A stretch of 64,000 bases of DNA from Longimicrobiales bacterium (GTDB lineage: Bacteria > Gemmatimonadota > Gemmatimonadetes > Longimicrobiales > Gaopeijiaceae): assembly GCA_965197725.1 (NCBI GenBank), contig CBDANQ010000059.1, positions 106,005 to 170,004 of the forward strand, written 5' to 3'. The translations under genes were made by a program, and so were the position numbers. The first letter of the stretch is position 1. The number at the start of each line of letters is the position of its first letter. The notes below the pieces were generated by a model. It made no database searches, was not told where the DNA came from, and was given only the letters and a program-made list of their open reading frames with translations. Below, piece by piece: positions 30,959-42,383 of this stretch.

Positions 30959-33030
30959 GTGCTGAGTGCTGAAGTGCCCATCCGCGAAGGACAGGTCCTC
31001 ACCGGAACCCTGTTCAGTGAGCCCATGCAGGTGGAGACGGTTCGCGCCAACGGTCCCGGCGTTTGGGTGGCAGGCCTTGTGGGCCAGCGTTCAGAGCGGT
31101 TCCGGCGAGTCACACTCACCTCGGCTGACATTGCGAAGCTAAGCATCGCCGACTCTGCTCTATCCTACGATGGCGATGGGCGGCTACTGCGGATCGGCCT
31201 CCAGGCCTATTCGCTGGGCATTGCCTGGGAGTTCGATCCCTATTTCGGACTTTCCATCTCTCGTGTGGACCCGCTGCCGCACCAGCTTGAAGCCGTCTAC
31301 GAACACCTTCTGAAGCTGCCCAGCGTGCGTTTCCTGCTTGCGGACGATGCGGGTGCAGGCAAGACCATCATGGCAGGCCTCCTCGTCCGTGAACTGAAGC
31401 TGCGGGGCCTTATTGAACGGGTGCTCGTGGTCTGTCCCGCGAACCTGTCGTTTCAGTGGCAGCGGGAGCTGAAGGAAAAATTCGACGAGAAGTTCGTCGT
31501 GCTGAAGGGCAGCGACATCCGCGATCAGTTCGGGGTCAACCAGTGGATGGAGCAGAAACAGATCATCACGTCGCTCGACCTCGCCAAGCGCACGGAGATC
31601 TTGCCTGGCGTACAGCAGGTACACTGGGATCTGGTGATCGTCGACGAGGCACACCGCATGTCGGCACGTGACGAGAGCCATAAGAGCCAGCGCTACAGGC
31701 TTGGGGAAATGCTGCGCGACAGCACCGATCACTTGCTGCTGTTGACCGCCACCCCGCACAAGGGCGACCCAGAGAACTTCACGCTGTTCCTGCAGCTGCT
31801 TGACCGGGACGCCTACGCCGATGTGAAGTCGATCCACGAAGCCATGGATCGGAGGCGGGCACCCTTCTACCTGCGACGCACCAAGGAGGCGATGGTCTAT
31901 TTTCCGGAGCGCCAAGCTGACGGCGTGTGGACCGCAAGGCCGATATTCACCAAGCGCATCGCTCGTACAGCTGCCTTCGCCATCGATGGTCCGGAGTTCG
32001 AACTCTACCAGAAGATCACCCGGTTCGTGAAACGACAGAGCGCCCGTGCCGCAGCGGACGGCGACAATCCACGGGCCCGGGCGGTCGGTTTCTTGATGTC
32101 GCTATATCAGCGGCGCCTGGCTTCAAGTACCTACGCCATGCGGCGGTCGCTAGAAAACCGAGCAAGGCGACTGAAGGAGGGTCTCAAGCGCGCTCAGGAG
32201 CTGGTGCGGACGGCGCCGCCGGACCTACCCGACTGGGAAGAGCTCGAGGAGTTCGAGGAAGCCGAGCGTGAGCGCCTGGAGCGAATGCTGGAAGCGGTCA
32301 CGCTAGCCGGCAATGCGGACCAGGTACGTGAGGAGGTGGCCGAACTGCTAGAGCTGGCCGAAGAGGCGAAAGCCGTCGAGGGCTCGGCCAAGGAGGCGAA
32401 ACTCGGACATCTTCGCGAGATCATGCGGGATGAGGGATTCTTCGACCGCCCGGACCAGCGACTGCTGCTCTTCACCGAGTTCAAGGATACCCTCGACCAT
32501 TTGATGGAGCAGTTGAAGGCGTGGGGCTTCAGCGTGGGCTGCATCCACGGCAGCATGAAGCCTGGCTCACGCGACGAACCGGGGAGCCGGATCTACACGG
32601 AACAGCAGTTCCGCGAAGGTGCCATCCAGGTGCTAGTAGCGACCGAGGCGGCCGGTGAAGGCATCAACCTTCAGTGCTGTCACATCCTGTTCAACTACGA
32701 CATCCCATGGAATCCGAATCGGCTCGAACAGCGCATGGGCCGCATCCACCGCTACGGACAACAGCACGACTGCCTGATCTTCAACTTCGTTGCGACCAAC
32801 ACGATCGAGGGGCGGGTGCTGCAACGCCTCCTGGACAAACTCCAGGAGATCCGCGATGCCCTCGATGACGATGCAGTGTTCAACGTCGTGGGCGAGATCT
32901 TGCCCTCCGCTCACCTGGAGCGTGTGCTGCGGGACTATTACGCAGGCAAGCTAGGTGACGCCGACCTCGAGGAGCGGCTACTCGAGGATGTGGATGAGGG
33001 TCATTTCCGAGCCATTTGTCAGACAGCGCT
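30959..33030 (+). pseudogene. SNF2-family helicase of a DUF499/DUF1156-type defence locus, C-terminally truncated
   Basis: DPLPHQ, LLADDAGAGKT, DEAH, LTATPH, TEAAGEGINLQ, PWNPNRLEQRMGRIHRYGQ; homology stops at ~AICQTAL. Confidence 0.9.
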
Positions 33031-34559
33031 GGATCGACGCCGACCTGGCTGGTCCGATGGCGCATGCGAAAGCCCTGGATGTGGACGCCCAGGGTGTTCT
33101 GCGCGACATCCACCGCCGCGTGGGCACGACTATCCTATTCGAGTCCTCCGGAGGACAAGTAGACAAGGTGGCTCATTGGCCCGAACTGCGCTTCGCGCTT
33201 GGTGAGCCAGAGGTTGATACCACCACCATCGACAACGCTGCGGCAGCCCTGGAGACATCCGGGTTCTTCATTCGCAAGGTCGGGACGGACGGCTACTGCA
33301 TCCACCACCAGGCGACATTGAAGAAGGTCGTCAGCGACAGGCGTGCTTCGCTGGACGAAGAAACGGAGATCAAGCCGGCAGTCCGCAAGCTCGTCGAGAG
33401 CGAGTTCAAGCGTGGTGCAACCCTGCCCGTCGTCGTCTTCCCGGAGGACAGTGCCGCAGTCCAGGACTCGCCGCGCCTCGCGTTGATCGTCGTCGACCCG
33501 GAGACGGAATGGAAGGACGGCGACCAGGTAGTCGAGCGGATCGGCGAATGGACGAAGGAACGGGGCAAGTCCCCACGGCTCTACCCTGGCTCGTTGGTCT
33601 GGTGCGCCAGGAAACCAGGACGGGAACTTCGCGAGAAGGTTGAGTTGTGGCTTGCTTGGCAGCGTGTGGCGCGCGAGGTGGCGGAGGGTGTCCTAGGTGC
33701 CGAGTTCGACCGTGCTGACCGTGTCGAAGTCCAGCTCAAGGTCAGCGACGCGGAGGAAGCTTCCAAGGACGCAGTGTGGGCCAGCTATCGCTTCGTGGCA
33801 CTGTCCGATTCAGAGGCGCAGTACGGTCTCAAACGCATCGACCTCGGCGCTGGCCACGCTAGCGCGAGCGAAACACTCTGTGGCCGTGTCATCGGAGCGT
33901 TGAAATCCGAGGCCCTGCTGAACGAGAGCGTAGGCGCCGGTTACATTGACCGTCACTGGCCGCCCACGTTCCAGAGCACCGGGGCATGGCCGCTCACGAG
34001 CTTGCGACAGAGCTTCCTCGACGGCTCGCTAACACGGTTGATCGACCCTGATGCGATCCTCCGTAGGCAGATCACAGCGTTCGTGGAGAACGGAGACTTC
34101 GGCTTGGCATCCGGTGCCGAGAACGATGGCACCTACAGTCGGCTGTGGTATGCCGAGCTGATCCGCCAAGAAGAGGTCGCCTTTGAATCGGGTGTCTTCC
34201 TGTTGACTAAGGCCAGAGCCGAAGAACTCAAGACCATGCCTGCAGGGGATGAGCACCCACAACCCGGACCCCCACCAGGCCCGGGCCCGGAACCCGAGCC
34301 TGAACCGAAACCTGATCCAGAGCCAACTCCGGTTGCTGAGAAGACAATCCTTCGCCTTGCCGGTACCGTGCCCCCCGAACTCTGGAACCGGCTCGGAACC
34401 AAAGTCTTGCCTAAGCTCCGGTCGGGAGACGACCTCAGGGTAGGCGTCGAGTTCTCCGTGAGTGTCAGCTCGCAGTTTGCACGGAACATGGAGACCGAGC
34501 TGCAGCAGACTCTGGACGAGCTCGGGCTGAGCAACACGATCCGCGTTCAAAGGTTGTAG
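33030..34559 (+). pseudogene. DUF499-type ATPase, C-terminal half only
   Basis: IHRRVGTTILFESSGGQ..KVAH.PELRFALGEP, SPRLYPG, Pro-rich linker, G.VPPELWNRLGTKVLPKLR; no ATPase N-terminus. Confidence 0.75.
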
Positions 34560-34584
34560 TGACGAGGAGCTTACGAAGGGCGCT

Positions 34585-34710
34585 TGAACCAGTCCCGATT
34601 TACTGGACAAGAGCGCGGCTTAATCATGCCGCCTTACGGGTGAGCTCCTCGCGGACCTGGAACGGAGTCCGGTATCCATGGCGCCCTGGGAGCCACCCGC
34701 GGTTGTAGCT
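34585..34710 (-). mobile_element. Diverged 3'-end remnant of an IS3 related to the element at 40202-41558
   Basis: TGAACCAGTCCCGATTTACTGGACAAG...CCGCGGTTGTA aligns with 40202-40325. Confidence 0.75.
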
Positions 34711-35307
34711 ATCGATACGCGCAAGCGACCGGAACGCCGAATTGATCGCTGAGAGCCTGTAGCCCCTTGTTTAGCAATGGAAGCGTCGGATCCGGACCGG
34801 CGGGGACGTGATCAAACGGCGGCGCCGTCGAATTGTCGTTGAGCTGGTGAGAAAGACCTAGACCCGCGGAGCCAGGCGATCCCTAAACTACGGAATTCGA
34901 GGTCCTGCACGAACGAACCAGCGTAAGGAAGACCCGGCGTGTCGGCTTGTCGCGAGCGAGGCCGGCCGCACGTTTCGCGCGCTCCTACGGGAGCTAGAGC
35001 GAGGCCGGGCGATCCTCGGAGGCTGGGCCGGGGCCTCCGGGCCGGAGGCCCCGGACGCCGGGGTTTCTGAAGAGGCCGCCCGCATTGAGCGGGCGATCCT
35101 TCATGGCGACGAGCGGGCACTCGGGGAGTACGGCGCGGTCTGCAGGCCGCCAAGAAGCGAAGCGTCGTGCTGAGGAAGCGCGCGCGCCAAGGGCCGACGG
35201 CAACGGTGCGCCTCTCCGGGCGCACTTCCGATTACCCGCTATGTGTCATCCTCAGCCCGCACTCTTCTCTTAGAGCGTAGGGTAAAGACAGATGCACCAG
35301 CGCCCTG

Positions 35308-35681
35308 CGTCGGCGCTCGGGGCTCAGAAGTTTCCCTTGGCCGCTTCCTCCAGGATCAGCTTGTCCAGTGTCAAGTCCGCCACTGCTCGCTTCAGGCGCC
35401 CGTTCTCGCGCTCGAGCTCCTTCAGGCGCCGTGCCTGGCTCACCTTCATCCCGCCGTACTCCCGCCTCCACCGGTAGTACGTCTGCTCGGTGATGCCCAG
35501 CTACCGGCTGATCAGCTTTCACGGATTTGCCGCGGGCCAGACCCACCTCTGCCTCCCGCAGTGCAGTGATGATCTGCTCCGGAGTGTGTCGCTTCCTTCC
35601 CATCCTGACCTCCTCGCTGAAAAACTTCAGACCAGGTCGATCCTAACATTGCACCTGGTCTCGTTTCAGGGGGTCAGGTCA
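35308..35681 (-). mobile_element. Truncated IS3 copy A4 (left end plus orfA only)
   Basis: Matches the A1-A3 IRL and orfA with a few differences; stops just after the frameshift site. Confidence 0.92.
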
Positions 35682-35972
35682 TTAGCCGGGAGTGACCCCG
35701 GAGTGACCCCCCGGCGGATGGTGACATGGGCGCGCACACGGAAATGGGCGCCGTTTACCGATGAACACGCTGCAACAGCCAGCGTGAGGAACTCAACTCA
35801 AGGCGGGTTGCTGACGTGGGATCTGATACGACCCGGGAGTCCCGCCATTTGGTGGCGTTTTTCCGCTGTTTCAGTACGGTGGAGTCAGATATCGTCGAAC
35901 GGCAAGTGCGGCAGATCGTGCAGTCCTAGTTTAACTTAGACGATTCTTGCCGTGATTCACATCATCTGTACT

Positions 35973-36355
35973 CTGCCGGTCAGCCAGACCGGCGCCATGC
36001 TCTTCTTCCCACTCATCAACCGGCGCTATGAGCGCGCATCCACTGTGCTGACCTCCAATAAAGGCTTCGAGGAGTGGGGCCAGATCTTGGGCGACGAGGT
36101 CATGGCCGCTGCGCTCATCGATCGCCTGCTGCATCCCTGCCATATCGTCAACATCCGCGGCAGCAGCTACCGGATGCGCAAGCACACCGACCTCTCCAAG
36201 ATCCTCCACTCGCCTCCTGCGGAGTCGAGCCCTTCACCCCCGAAGAGAAAGAGAGCAAGAGCAAAGGAGAAAACGACGAACTAGAGGCTCGTCACCTCCG
36301 CCAAGTGTGCAATTTTCGATGGCCAGACCTGTGCAGCTTTCGATGGCCGTTGACA
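35973..36355 (+). mobile_element. IS21 remnant (istB 3' part plus right end)
   Basis: Near-identical to 48727-49037 plus 50537-50607; shows the empty CTAG site. Confidence 0.93.
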
Positions 36356-36676
36356 ATCTTTGCCGGGAAGGACGGCGCGTGTAGATCGCGCCACACGTGT
36401 CAGACGTGGCTCAGGCGAGCGAAGGCATGTTGGCTGGCTAAGGTGCCGGAGGCGGAACGAGAGGGGCTCAGTGAGCGTCTCAGGGGCGTCGGGTTCCACG
36501 CCGAGAAACGATCCGGTGTGAGGAATCCACAGTTCCGGCGGCTGTCGCCAGGAGTACAGGAGGCGATCAGCGGCACACGATACGATACGCTACGAGGCGT
36601 GTACGACGAGATTGGACCGGAGGACATCCGAGCAGAATTGAGGGCGGTGTCCGGTGGTCCTGACAGCAGTAATTGA
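36356..36676 (+). pseudogene. C-terminal remnant of a tyrosine integrase pointing at the tRNA 3' end
   Basis: GVGFHAEKR (HxxR box) and ISGTRYDTLRGVY (nucleophile Tyr region); followed by TGACAGCAG x2 arm-like repeats; cut by IS21. Confidence 0.6.
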
Positions 36677-36699
36677 CAGCAGAGGTGATCGTGAACAGG

Positions 36700-36737
36700 A
36701 AACACGAAACCCCCACCGCACCGAAGTGCAACGGGGG
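36700..36737 (-). terminator. Intrinsic terminator downstream of tRNA-Ile
   Basis: CCCCCGTTGCAC-TTCG-GTGCGGTGGGGG then TTTCGTGTTT on the minus strand. Confidence 0.7.
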
Positions 36738-36753
36738 CAACGATCCGTACCAG

Positions 36754-36830
<77 letters not shown>

Positions 36831-36838
36831 GGCCAGAA

Positions 36839-36867
36839 AAGCTAATGACCACGGGTACTCTCCTCAA
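36839..36867 (-). promoter_or_regulatory. Putative sigma70 promoter of tRNA-Ile
   Basis: TTGAGG-N17-TAGCTT, 11 nt upstream of the tRNA. Confidence 0.6.
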
Positions 36868-36898
36868 CCGCGCTCTTCTCCTCTCCCTCCTCCGGGGG

Positions 36899-37143
36899 GC
36901 CCTGGTGCATGGCTCCGGGCTTCGCCACATGATTGTGGTGATAGGCCCCCGACCCGGAGTCACCACCGATGAAGTACCCGAAGCGTAGCCAGTACAAGTA
37001 CGCGAAGTCCCGGTATCGAGTTCGCAATTGGGCTGAGTACGAGGGGGGCCTGCGGAGACGAGGCGACCTTACTGTCTGGCTTTCCAATGATGCCCTCGAC
37101 TCCTGGCGAGCGCCGCCCAGCGGCAAACCCAGCGGCCAGCGCC
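36899..37143 (+). mobile_element. IS5-family (IS903-like) 5' fragment
   Basis: YRVRNWAEYEGGLRRRGDLTVW N-terminal motif from 36969; end resembles GGCCCTGGTGCAT. Confidence 0.8.
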
Positions 37144-37167
37144 ACCCGCATCGTGTGCGTGGGTCGC

Positions 37168-38097
37168 TCAGGTCCTGCACACGGCGAGCTCCATCAGCGC
37201 GCGAATCGCCGCGCCGGCAACCGCTGCAGCGAAGTCATAGTCCAAGGTCTCGGGAGTGTCCTCGGGTTGGTGGTAGTGGCCATTCCGGAAGTTGGCGGTG
37301 TCGGTGATCATCACGGCCGGGTATCCCTGGGACCAGAAGGGGGCGTGGTCGCTGCGATAGAAGTCGGGGATCAGCCGGGCGACCCCGGAGACCTCCACCG
37401 GCACGAAGGGGAGGTTCACTTCCCGGGCGGCTCGGGCGATGGCATCCTGCAGATGCACGGCGTCGGGGCGCCCGACAGACGCGATGAAGTCGCCGCGCCG
37501 GCCGCGGGCTTCGACCCATCGCATGGCGTCCGGGAACACAAGCGAGAAGCCCCGCGGGAAGCGCTGGCTCTGTGGTTGGCGGCGACACAGGCCGATCATC
37601 TCAAGGGCCAGCACCCCGCCGATATCCCGCCCGTCGCGTCGCGCCGCCTGGGCCATGGCGCGGCTCCCCAGCCGCGATCCGGCGCGCAGGGACTGCCACT
37701 CCTCCAGATCCCAGGCCACTAGCTCCACGCTCTCCTCGAAGCGGCACTCCGAGAGCAGCGCCGCCGCCTCCAGCACGGCGGCCACCGCGATGCCGTTGTC
37801 GTCGGCGCCCGGGGAGCCCACCACCGTGTCGTAGTGGGCTCCGAGGATCCAGGTCCGGCCAGGGCGGCGTTCGCCGCTGCGCGTGGCCACGATATTCGCG
37901 CCGCGGCCGTAGGGTCCAAGCACGGGCTCACGGCGAACCTCGAATCCGGCCGCCCCGAGGCGCTCCTCGATGTACGCGGCAGTGGCCGCGTGGTGACCCG
38001 GGGAGGTGCGGATGTGACGCTCCCCCACGAACTTCTCCAGGTGCTCCCGGAGGCGATCCGGAAAGGAGGTTGGGGGCGCTGGCGTTGCCAAATCCAT
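37168..38097 (-). CDS. M28-family metallopeptidase
   Basis: GAHYDT, GADDN, DLEE, LEMIG, SDHAPF, YHQPEDT. Confidence 0.92.
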   Translation of the reverse strand: MDLATPAPPTSFPDRLREHLEKFVGERHIRTSPGHHAATAAYIEERLGAAGFEVRREPVLGPYGRGANIVATRSGERRPGRTWILGAHYDTVVGSPGADDNGIAVAAVLEAAALLSECRFEESVELVAWDLEEWQSLRAGSRLGSRAMAQAARRDGRDIGGVLALEMIGLCRRQPQSQRFPRGFSLVFPDAMRWVEARGRRGDFIASVGRPDAVHLQDAIARAAREVNLPFVPVEVSGVARLIPDFYRSDHAPFWSQGYPAVMITDTANFRNGHYHQPEDTPETLDYDFAAAVAGAAIRALMELAVCRT

Positions 38098-38191
38098 GGG
38101 CTATACTCGCTCGCTCCGTGCAGGCGCGCTGAAGGCAACGTATGGACCTATCAATCAAGTTCTCGCTCGTCGTACCTTGCTACAACTCTAG

Positions 38192-39687
38192 CAGTCCGTG
38201 GAAGAAATAGGTTCCCAGCGGATGATGGGTGGGAGAGAAGGCAGACACGCGGGGGCTGTGTTGTTGTGCAAGAAGCGGGTTTTGGGGTCTGACGAGGCGA
38301 TATTCGGCCCAAGGAAGGCGAAATAGCGCCGAATACGGCGGAAAAAGCGCGAGACGCGGGTTGTAACCTGAGTTGCGAGCGCAGCTTGTACGGTAGCGAG
38401 GCCCTGTAACGCACGGGGGGTTCCAACCCCGAACCGCTTGCGCATGAGAAGGGCCGAGGTTGAAGGCCGCCGCGTGGATCAACATCCGTTTTCGAATCTC
38501 CTCCTGGCCCCGTATGTGGACGCGACGCAGCCCTCCGGTCACAAGCAAGTGCGCAAACCCCCGCTCCACCTTCTCGCCGCGCTGGCGCAGCAGCCGCATC
38601 CCCCGGTTGCCGCGGATCCGGCGGCGGTTGTCGTAGGTCGGCGTCTGCGCGTCCCGGTTGTTCTTCCATTTCCGGCGCCCGCGGTTGGGCTCGCTCACAT
38701 AGCTGCGCAGCTCCCGCTCCTTCACGCCCGTCATGGTCTTGTTCGAGTGGTAGCCTTTGTCGGCCACCACTTCCTCGGGCTCTACCTGCACTACTTCCAG
38801 CTGCCGCTCTGCCTCGTCCAGCGTGTTGGGCAGCGACGCCACATCTCCCCCGTCCATCGTCTGCACCGTCACCGCCACAAGCGCACCGGTCTCCATGTCG
38901 ACCGCCTGCTCCAACTTGTGCGCCAGGCGCGTCCTGCCGTCCTTCATCTTCGTGATCCGCGCCTCCGGGTCGTGCGGATGCACCCAGTCCTTGTTCGAGC
39001 CCTTCTTCGGACGCTTCCGGTCCAGCGTCGTCAGATCCTTGCGCGTCGGCGTCTCGATCCCCGACGCCCGGGCCACCTGCTCCAGCCATTCATCGTAGCC
39101 CAACCCGTCGTCGCGCCGCACGATCGTGCGCATCGCCGCATTCGCCTCCAGCGTCGTCGAGTCGACGCCCAGCGTCTTGCCGCTCAGCAACCCCGACCCC
39201 TTCAGCAGCTCCAGCACCCGCCCGAACACCGCCGCGTGCGCTTCCACGCTCAGGCGCTTGCGCGTCTTCGACAGGGTCGAATGCTCCGGCGGGTTCTTCG
39301 CCCACCCGTATCCCAGAAACTCACGCAACGACAACGAGTCCCCACACCGCCAGGCAATGCCCCGCTCCGAGCCGATCCCTTCCAGGTAGCCCACCATCAT
39401 CATTCGGAAATACACCCCGGGAGCAATCCCCGGCCGACCCCGATTGTCCGCGTAGAACTCACGGCATGCCTCTTCCGCGAACTCGTCAAACCCGCTTTTC
39501 GCCAGAAGCTCGTTCAAGGCCCGGTAGAACGGGTTGTCCAAGGCCCGAATCTCGCTCGCCACCACGAACATCTCGCCCTGCCGAGCCTCGGGCCGCTTGC
39601 CTACCGCCATCGCCGTCCTCGCTGCAAAAACCCTCGTGTCCTCCTGATTTAACACAACAGCGATGACCGGACTTTATCCACGGTCTG
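38192..39687 (-). mobile_element. IS1182/IS5-like element, copy B2 (late 1-nt frameshift)
   Basis: Near-identical to B1; CTAG flanks at 38188-38191 and 39688-39691. Confidence 0.95.
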
Positions 39688-39734
39688 CTAGGAGCCCACG
39701 CTCGAGAGTTCCCTCTCCCTCAGAGCCAGCGCTC

Positions 39735-39920
39735 TCAAAAAAGCCCCTTCGCCACAGTCCAGAGAGAGATCTGCTTGCCGCCATCGGTCGTCTGTAGCCG
39801 AGCGGTGGCGTAGGTGTGGCGGAACTTGGTGAGTCGAGGCATCTCCATCCCTGCCTCAGCAACCATTGTCCCGAGAGATTTCCGCAGATCGGTGATCATC
39901 TCGCCCGTTTGGGTGGGCCA
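39735..39920 (-). pseudogene. Tyrosine integrase internal remnant (not in the ORF track)
   Basis: Reads WPTQTGEMITDLRKSLGTMVAEAGMEMPRLTKFRHTYATARLQTTDGGKQISLWTVAKGLF* (RHT box II). Confidence 0.7.
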
Positions 39921-39942
39921 CCTCCTTATTTATTGTTGAGTA

Positions 39943-41942
39943 TCAGGGGTTCCAGATTAGGCCGATCCAAGGCATCAACTCTTGGTCGTTGTTGTTCCAG
40001 GTGGCAGCCGCAGAAAGGCTTAGGTTGTCGCGTAGGGCACGGGTATAGGTTATGCCTGGGAGCTCGTTTGGGGGCTCATCTAGAAAGTCGAGCATGTGAA
40101 AGCTCAGCTGTAGATCGCCGAAACTCATCCATATACCACCAAACTGTCCTTGGAAAACGCCCTCGAGGTTTTCTACCCCGTCGTTTTCTGTCTTCCAGTC
40201 TTGAACCGGTCCCGGTTTCCTGGACAAGTGGGCGGCGTAATCAGGCCGCCATGCGGGTGAGCTGCTCGCGGACCTCGGCCGGGGTCTTGTGGCCGTGCCG
40301 CTCGATGAGCCAACCGCGGTTGTAACGCTCGATGAAACCTCCGATCACCGTCCTCGCCTCCTCCAGGCTCTCAAAGTCGTGCAGGTAGAGGCACTCTTCC
40401 TTCAACGTCCTGATGAACCGCTCGATCACGCCGTTGCACTCGGGCTCGCCGACGTAGGAGGCCGTCGAGCGGATGCCGAGCCAGGCGAGTTCGCCCTGGA
40501 ACTGGTGTGCGGTGTACTGGGGACCCCAGTCGTGTCGTAGCCCGAGGCCGAGCGCGATCTTCGGAGCGTAGCCGTCCATGTAGGTCCTCACACCCTGACG
40601 GATCGGCTCGAGCGCCGCCCACCGGTCACCCTTCTTCGCGACGTGCCAGCCGACGACATCGCTCACGCAGTGGTCGACGGCCCCGAAGAACCAGCACCAG
40701 CCGTCGGCCTTCGTATAGAATCTGGTCGCATCCGTGCCCCACAGCTCGTTGGGCGTGTCCGTCGTGATTCGGCCGCTGTGGCTGCGGTCGCCCCGGGGAT
40801 GCCTTCCCTTACGCACCGGCGCCAGGAGTCGGTTCTCTCGCATGAGCCTCAGCACCCTGTTCTTGCCCACCCAGATCCCCTTGGGCCGCAGCCGTACCCT
40901 CACCTTCCGGTGCCCCTCGCCGAGGAAGTCGCTCTCCTCGAGTACCTGCCGGATCTCTTCCACCAAGGCCTCGTCGCTCAGCTCCGTTTTGGGGCCCCGC
41001 TTCTTCGGCTCCCTCGACTCATCGTTGCCTCGCTCCTCAGCCTGGTAGACCGTCGAGCGAGCGATGCTCCAGACCTCGCAGATCATCGTCAGCGGGTAGC
41101 GCCGTCCCGTCGCCGGACTCATTCGCTGCCGCGCTTCAAGAGCTTCTTCAGGTCGTCCCCGTAGCCCCTTTTTTCGAGGAGCTCGCTCGCGAGCTCCATC
41201 CGCATCGTCACCTCGCCCAGCTTTGCCCGGGTCCGGATCAGCTCACGTTCCCCGGGATCGCGGCTACGGCGTTTCAGACCTTGCTGACCTCCCTCCAGGA
41301 ACACGCGCCGCCATTCCTCGAGCTCCGCAGGCGAGACCTGGACCTCACGGCTCACTTCGCCCAGGTCCTCCCCGCGTAGCAGTCGCAGCACCACCTCCGT
41401 CTTCTGCCCCGCGCTCCAACGCTTGGGCAGCTCCGCCCTTCCTTCACGACCTTCGGTCGCTTTCGACTCCCCAGGCTTGGGAGACATCAAAACACCCCCT
41501 CTCTCTGGACCCCATCGTCGCTGCCAATCTACTGTCCAGAGAAATCGGGGGCGCTAAAGTCTCTGGGTTCTCCCCAGAAAAAGAAGCCCGGCCAGTATAT
41601 GGCACCAAGGCGAATGTTTTGCGACAGGCGACCATTTGTCGCGAGTAATGGGGCGACAAAAGGAGCGTTTTGTAACAGTCCCGCAGTAGCCCCTATTGTA
41701 AAGGCAAGGTCGTCGTCGCCAAAGTATTGTCCGTAGATAAAGCGTTGCTGCTCTCTTTCGAGAGTAGCTTCTACCATCCGCCCGTTTTTGTTTCTGATCC
41801 TAATGGTGCCAGAAGTGCCACTGGTGATTGGACTTGAACCACGAGACAAGATTGTTTGTTGGATTTGCCACCCGCCCTGTGCTTGTGTGGCACTAGGCAC
41901 GAAGACAAAGGCCGAGGCAAAGAGAAAAAAGATCTTTTTCAT
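39943..41942 (-). pseudogene. Low-GC secreted/outer-membrane hypothetical protein (~210 aa) split by IS3
   Basis: Signal peptide MKKIFFLFASAFVFVPSATQA; removing the IS and one GTCT joins GEPRD to WKTEND in frame; ends WIGLIWNP. Confidence 0.75.
40202..41558 (-). mobile_element. Second IS3-family element (orfA 41119-41490, orfB 40241-41122)
   Basis: Inverted repeats TGAACCGGTCCCGGTTTCCTGGACA / TGTCCAGAGAAATCGGGGGCGCTAAA; 4-bp TSD GTCT; DDE motifs WGTD, RHDWG, ERFIRTLKEE; ATGA coupling. Confidence 0.95.
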
Positions 41943-42383
41943 CCTCTCCTTTTAGTTTTTATCTTCGTCTCGATGACACATAACGGTTCAACGGTGCGCT
42001 CGCGACCGGTGCTCGGCCCGTTTTCTGCATGTCCATGCATCGAACGGGACAGCGCCGCTCCGCTCGATGGGCTTCGTGAGCGTGATCATCGCGTCGGGGA
42101 TCTTCGCGTTGGGCTGCCGCTGGTGCTGCTATAGGGGGGCTGGCTTGATGGAGCTGTCATCCTACCGCATACTGACCGCAATATCTCCCCAAGCTGGCGG
42201 GCGAGTATGAGCGAAGACTGCTCGTTCTTTTCAGGGCTAAGGCCCAGGAAGGCCCACCAGACTGGGGCAGCGTACGTAGTAGCTGCACTTGCGCTCTGGC
42301 GGGCTGTGGACTTCGCTTGCGGTCGCCGCCGTGTGATCCTCGGCAGATGGAGGGCACCAGATGGGCGACCCCGGCGGCCCGAG

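Noticed and set aside
34812..35290. Structured RNA suggested by GC hairpins (for example CCGGGGCCTCCGG-G-CCGGAGGCCCCGG)
   Set aside because: No promoter or terminator context; a plus-strand frame reads like a decayed protein, and hairpins are expected at this GC content.
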